Assembly: GCA_965238005.1 (NCBI GenBank)
Contig: OZ250165.1
Coordinates: forward strand, 4,128,001 to 4,192,000
Direction of reading: 5' to 3'
Length of the DNA stretch: 64,000 nt
DNA from: Longimicrobiales bacterium
GTDB lineage: Bacteria > Gemmatimonadota > Gemmatimonadetes > Longimicrobiales > Gaopeijiaceae
Shown here one piece after another: positions 60,895 to 64,000 of the stretch. Every line of letters starts with the position of its first letter. Positions within the stretch are counted from its first letter, which is position 1. The notes under the pieces were generated by a model. The model was not told the origin of the DNA and did not search any database. It saw only the letters and a list, made by a program, of their open reading frames with translations. The position numbers and the translations under genes were made by a program.

Positions 60895-61637
60895 CTAAGC
60901 CGTGATCTGACTGAGGTCCGTGGTCTTGAACGTCTCACCCAGAAGGGTGAAGGCGAGGAGCAACTCGCTCCACAGGGTGACCACTGCCGCCACCAGCTGA
61001 GGGCTTGTCCCTGCTGGATCACCAGAATCTGGTCGCACAGCTCCTCGACCAGGTGGAGGAGGTGTGAGCTGAGGATGACGGCGCCGCCGGCTTCCGCCCT
61101 GGACATGATGGTCGCCTTCATGCGGCGGATGGCGCCGGGGTCCAGGCCGGTGAGGGGCTCGTCGAAGAGCAGCACGGACGGGTTGTGGAGGAGCCCGCAA
61201 CTGATGGCCAGCTTCTGCCGCATACCGCGGGAGAGCTGGTCGGGGAGCTTCTTGGCGTGGTCGGCCAACTCCAGCTCGCCGAGAAGGGAAGCGATGCGTG
61301 GATCGGGATCGGCGACGCCGTAGATGCGACCTACGAACCTCAGGTGCTCTTCCACATTGAGGTAGTCGAACAGCTGCGGGTCGTCGGGGATGAAGGCCAG
61401 GGCCGCCTTGGCCTCGACCGGCTCCTTTAACCAGGTCGTGCCCGACCACGCGGATCCGGCCGGCCGACGGTTGAATGATGCCTGCGATGGTGCGGAGCGT
61501 CGTGGTCTTTCCGGCTCCGTTGGGTCCCACGAGGCCAAGGATCTCTCCAGGGCCCACCGTGAACGAGAGGTCCGTGACCGCTGGGAAGTCGCCATAGAGC
61601 TTGGTGAGGGACTGGACGTCGATCGTATCCCGGTCAT
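60895..61637 (-). pseudogene. ABC transporter ATP-binding subunit, frameshifted and 3'-truncated
   Basis: GPNGAGKT in one frame; LSRGMRQK, FDEP, SSH in another; shifts near 61628 and 61430. Confidence 0.75.
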
Positions 61638-61932
61638 CTGTCGTTCTTCGGCGACGGCGCCGAACATTTTTGCCGTGGATTCCGTAGTTTCACTAGAGTA
61701 CCTGGCCGGTGTGTCATGGATTCACAGACCTCCGGGATGTCCACTAGATTCTCGGGGGCGCCGCCTAGGCGAGGCCGGACGATAATGGACGGCCTTCGGC
61801 GGCGGCGGCGGCAAGGTGCCCAGGGTCAGAGGCAGCCCGCGGAGTGACAGCTCTCGTGGATCCTGGTCGCGCCGCCGCGGTATCGTGTTCAAAGACGTCA
61901 GGCTTCTTGATACAGGAGATACTATCTTTTCC

Positions 61933-62733
61933 ATGACCCCCTGGGTTACCCGGTTGCTCGTCGCGAACGTGGTCGCCTTTCTGTTGGTGCAGCCGGCGAC
62001 TCTCCTGTACGGTCTTCTGACGCTCTTCCCCCCGGCCGTCGTAGGACTCGACAAGTTCTACATTCCCGCGATGCCGTTCAGGCCCTGGACGCTCTTCACG
62101 TACATGTTCCTGCACGCAGGGTTTGGGCACCTCTTCGTCAACATGCTCGGGCTCTTCTTCTTCGGACCCAGGCTCGAAGCCCGGCTGGGCACCCGTGGCT
62201 TTCTGGGGCTCTACTTTCTGAGTGGGCTCGGCGGGGCCGCGTTCTCGTTCCTCTTCTCGTTCAGCTCTCCCGTGGTAGGCGCCTCGGCCGCCGTCTACGG
62301 GATTCTCATCGGCTTCGCCATGTACTGGCCGCGAGAGAACATCTACATCTGGGGTATCCTGCCGGTTCAGGCTCGCGTGTTGGCCGCCTTCCTGGTTCTT
62401 GTCAGCCTCTACAGCGGGATCGCCGGCTCGGGTGGCGGCGTGGCCCACTTCGCCCACCTGGGTGGCCTCGCGGTCGGGGCCGGGTATCTGCGCTGGCGTG
62501 ATTGGCATTCCGGGAAGGACAAGCGCGAGTTCAAGCGCAGGGTCCAACACACGCCCTCCATGGACGGCTCCGACCGGGAGGCCCGAGCGCGCTGGTCCTC
62601 CATCGACCTCTCATCCATACACGAGCTCAATCGGAGTGAGGTCGAGGAGTTACTGGCCAGGATGGACAGCGGGGGCCTGCAGACCCTGTCCGTAGAAGAG
62701 CGGAGGTTCCTCGACCGGATGTCGAGCGGATAG
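61933..62733 (+). CDS. Rhomboid family intramembrane serine protease
   Basis: YMFLH, HLFVNM, GASAA, AHFAHLGG. Confidence 0.92.
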   Translation: MTPWVTRLLVANVVAFLLVQPATLLYGLLTLFPPAVVGLDKFYIPAMPFRPWTLFTYMFLHAGFGHLFVNMLGLFFFGPRLEARLGTRGFLGLYFLSGLGGAAFSFLFSFSSPVVGASAAVYGILIGFAMYWPRENIYIWGILPVQARVLAAFLVLVSLYSGIAGSGGGVAHFAHLGGLAVGAGYLRWRDWHSGKDKREFKRRVQHTPSMDGSDREARARWSSIDLSSIHELNRSEVEELLARMDSGGLQTLSVEERRFLDRMSSG

Positions 62734-64000
62734 CCGTCGGTTGGGTCTGGCCCGGCGCCGTCCTGGTCGGCGCCGGGATCGCGCTTACCACGGTGGCGGG
62801 AGACGCCCCGTGGCTCGAGCAAGCCGTCAATCGATATCCGCTGGTCATCTTCGCTGGTGGCCTTCTTCTCGCGTGGCGCTTCCGTAGAAGCCGGGTCGGG
62901 GCGGCCCTCCTGGGCCTCATCCTGATGGACCGGCTCCTACGGCCTGCCGGCGTCGGGCCCACCACCATCGAGTCCACCGTCGTGGAGCCTGGGGCCGTGG
63001 GAGCTCTGCTAGTGGAGCCTGCCGCTCTCGCACCCGCCGCATTCGATCCCACGGTTTTCGACTCGGCCATGGGGTCGCCGTGGGAGACGGGCGGCATCGT
63101 CCTGCTCCTCGCCATCGGGGTCCTGGCGGTCATGAAGGACCGAGGAGTCCTCTCCGGGCTGGGTATTCTCCAACCTGTGATGGTGGCCCTGGCCCTGGCT
63201 GCCGGGCTCGTTCTTTGGGACGTTCGGCCGGCCGCACTCACCTGGACATGGACGCCTTTTCTCCCCTGGGGTCCGGCGGAATGGCTCGGTGTTTCCCACG
63301 GGGCCTTCGTGGTAGGGCTGCCTGCACTCCTGGTCGCGCTGGGGATGGCGATCCGTCGCGACCATCCTGTGGAGAAGGGGCTCTTCTGGACGATTCTGGC
63401 GGTGCTCCTCGCCCTGGGCAGCGGGGCCGACTCCGTGGAGTCCACGGTGCACCTCACGGCCGGGGGGCTCGTCCTCGCCCTGGCCGTCGTGGAGACGTCC
63501 TACGCCATGGCCTTCCGGGACGAGCTGACCGGGCTACCCGCCCGGAGGGCGCTGTGGCAGGAAATCGAATCCGCGGGGCGCTCGTATGCCGTGGCCATGG
63601 TCGACGTCGACCACTTCAAGAAGTTCAACGACCGCCACGGCCACAACGTGGGTGACCAGGTACTTCGGCTGGTGGCCTCCCAGCTCGGCAAGGTGAGCGG
63701 AGGCGGCCGGGCGTTCCGCTACGGCGGAGAGGAATTCACGGTGGTGTTCGCCGGCAAAGGGTGTGAAGAGGCGCTACCCCACCTCGAGGAGCTGCGGAAC
63801 CTGATAGAGGCAAGCCGGTTCGCCGTGCGGCGCATGGGGCGGCCCCGGAAGAAGCCATCGGCAAAGAAGGCGAAGATGAAGGCTCCGCGGCGTCTCTCGG
63901 TGACGGTGAGCATCGGAGTTGCTGAGCGCACCGAGAAGGCGGCTACAGGCCAGGCGGTGGTGAAGGCGGCGGACCGGGCACTCTATCGGGCGAAGAAGGC
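62730..64000 (+). CDS. Membrane-bound diguanylate cyclase (GGDEF), partial at window end
   Basis: Translated by hand: TM helices, DELTGL, DVDHFKKFND, YGGEEF, TVSIGVA, ADRALYRAK; start unclear. Confidence 0.88.
   Translation, partial: MAVGWVWPGAVLVGAGIALTTVAGDAPWLEQAVNRYPLVIFAGGLLLAWRFRRSRVGAALLGLILMDRLLRPAGVGPTTIESTVVEPGAVGALLVEPAALAPAAFDPTVFDSAMGSPWETGGIVLLLAIGVLAVMKDRGVLSGLGILQPVMVALALAAGLVLWDVRPAALTWTWTPFLPWGPAEWLGVSHGAFVVGLPALLVALGMAIRRDHPVEKGLFWTILAVLLALGSGADSVESTVHLTAGGLVLALAVVETSYAMAFRDELTGLPARRALWQEIESAGRSYAVAMVDVDHFKKFNDRHGHNVGDQVLRLVASQLGKVSGGGRAFRYGGEEFTVVFAGKGCEEALPHLEELRNLIEASRFAVRRMGRPRKKPSAKKAKMKAPRRLSVTVSIGVAERTEKAATGQAVVKAADRALYRAKK

Noticed and set aside
61693..61747. Further MITE copy bounded by CTAG
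   Set aside because: Right side resembles an end (CCGGGATGTCCACTAG) but the inverted repeat is poor and subterminal motifs are absent
39009..64000. attR duplicate of the tRNA-Asn 3' end
   Set aside because: No copy of TTCGAACCCACCCGCCCCA found by eye

Overview
GC-rich bacterial chromosomal window; the protein families suggest a Gemmatimonadota-like organism (inference). From 1 to about 38 kb it is an essentially intact housekeeping backbone: MutS-domain membrane protein, waaA, ABC exporter, uvrA, fused M16 peptidase, gyrA, XdhC/MocA-type Mo-cofactor maturation genes, fadJ, M23 peptidase, metG, PSP1/RicT, accA, a receiver-PIG-L fusion and an MFS transporter. This part carries a family of ~170-bp TA-flanked miniature inverted-repeat elements (7253-7424, 9332-9497, a half copy at 12345-12372, a possible collapsed footprint at 33246-33259) with co-varying terminal repeats, shared subterminal motifs and different interiors. 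A tRNA-Asn(GTT) at 38936-39008 starts a decayed island (to about 51 kb). It holds a broken tyrosine integrase, two copies of a ~130-bp non-coding repeat, three N-terminal stubs of one Ser/Thr kinase family next to small cargo genes, an IsdG-like monooxygenase beside a CxxCH beta-propeller protein, an IS110 remnant with its structured upstream non-coding region, and many gene fragments. After it come an NHL/HupE-UreJ/PQQ-dehydrogenase/DUF4399 cluster, deletion-fused pseudogenes, an S1/P1 nuclease, a rhomboid protease and a GGDEF gene running off the end. No CRISPR array or rRNA was seen. All product calls are motif recognition by eye; no database search was run.
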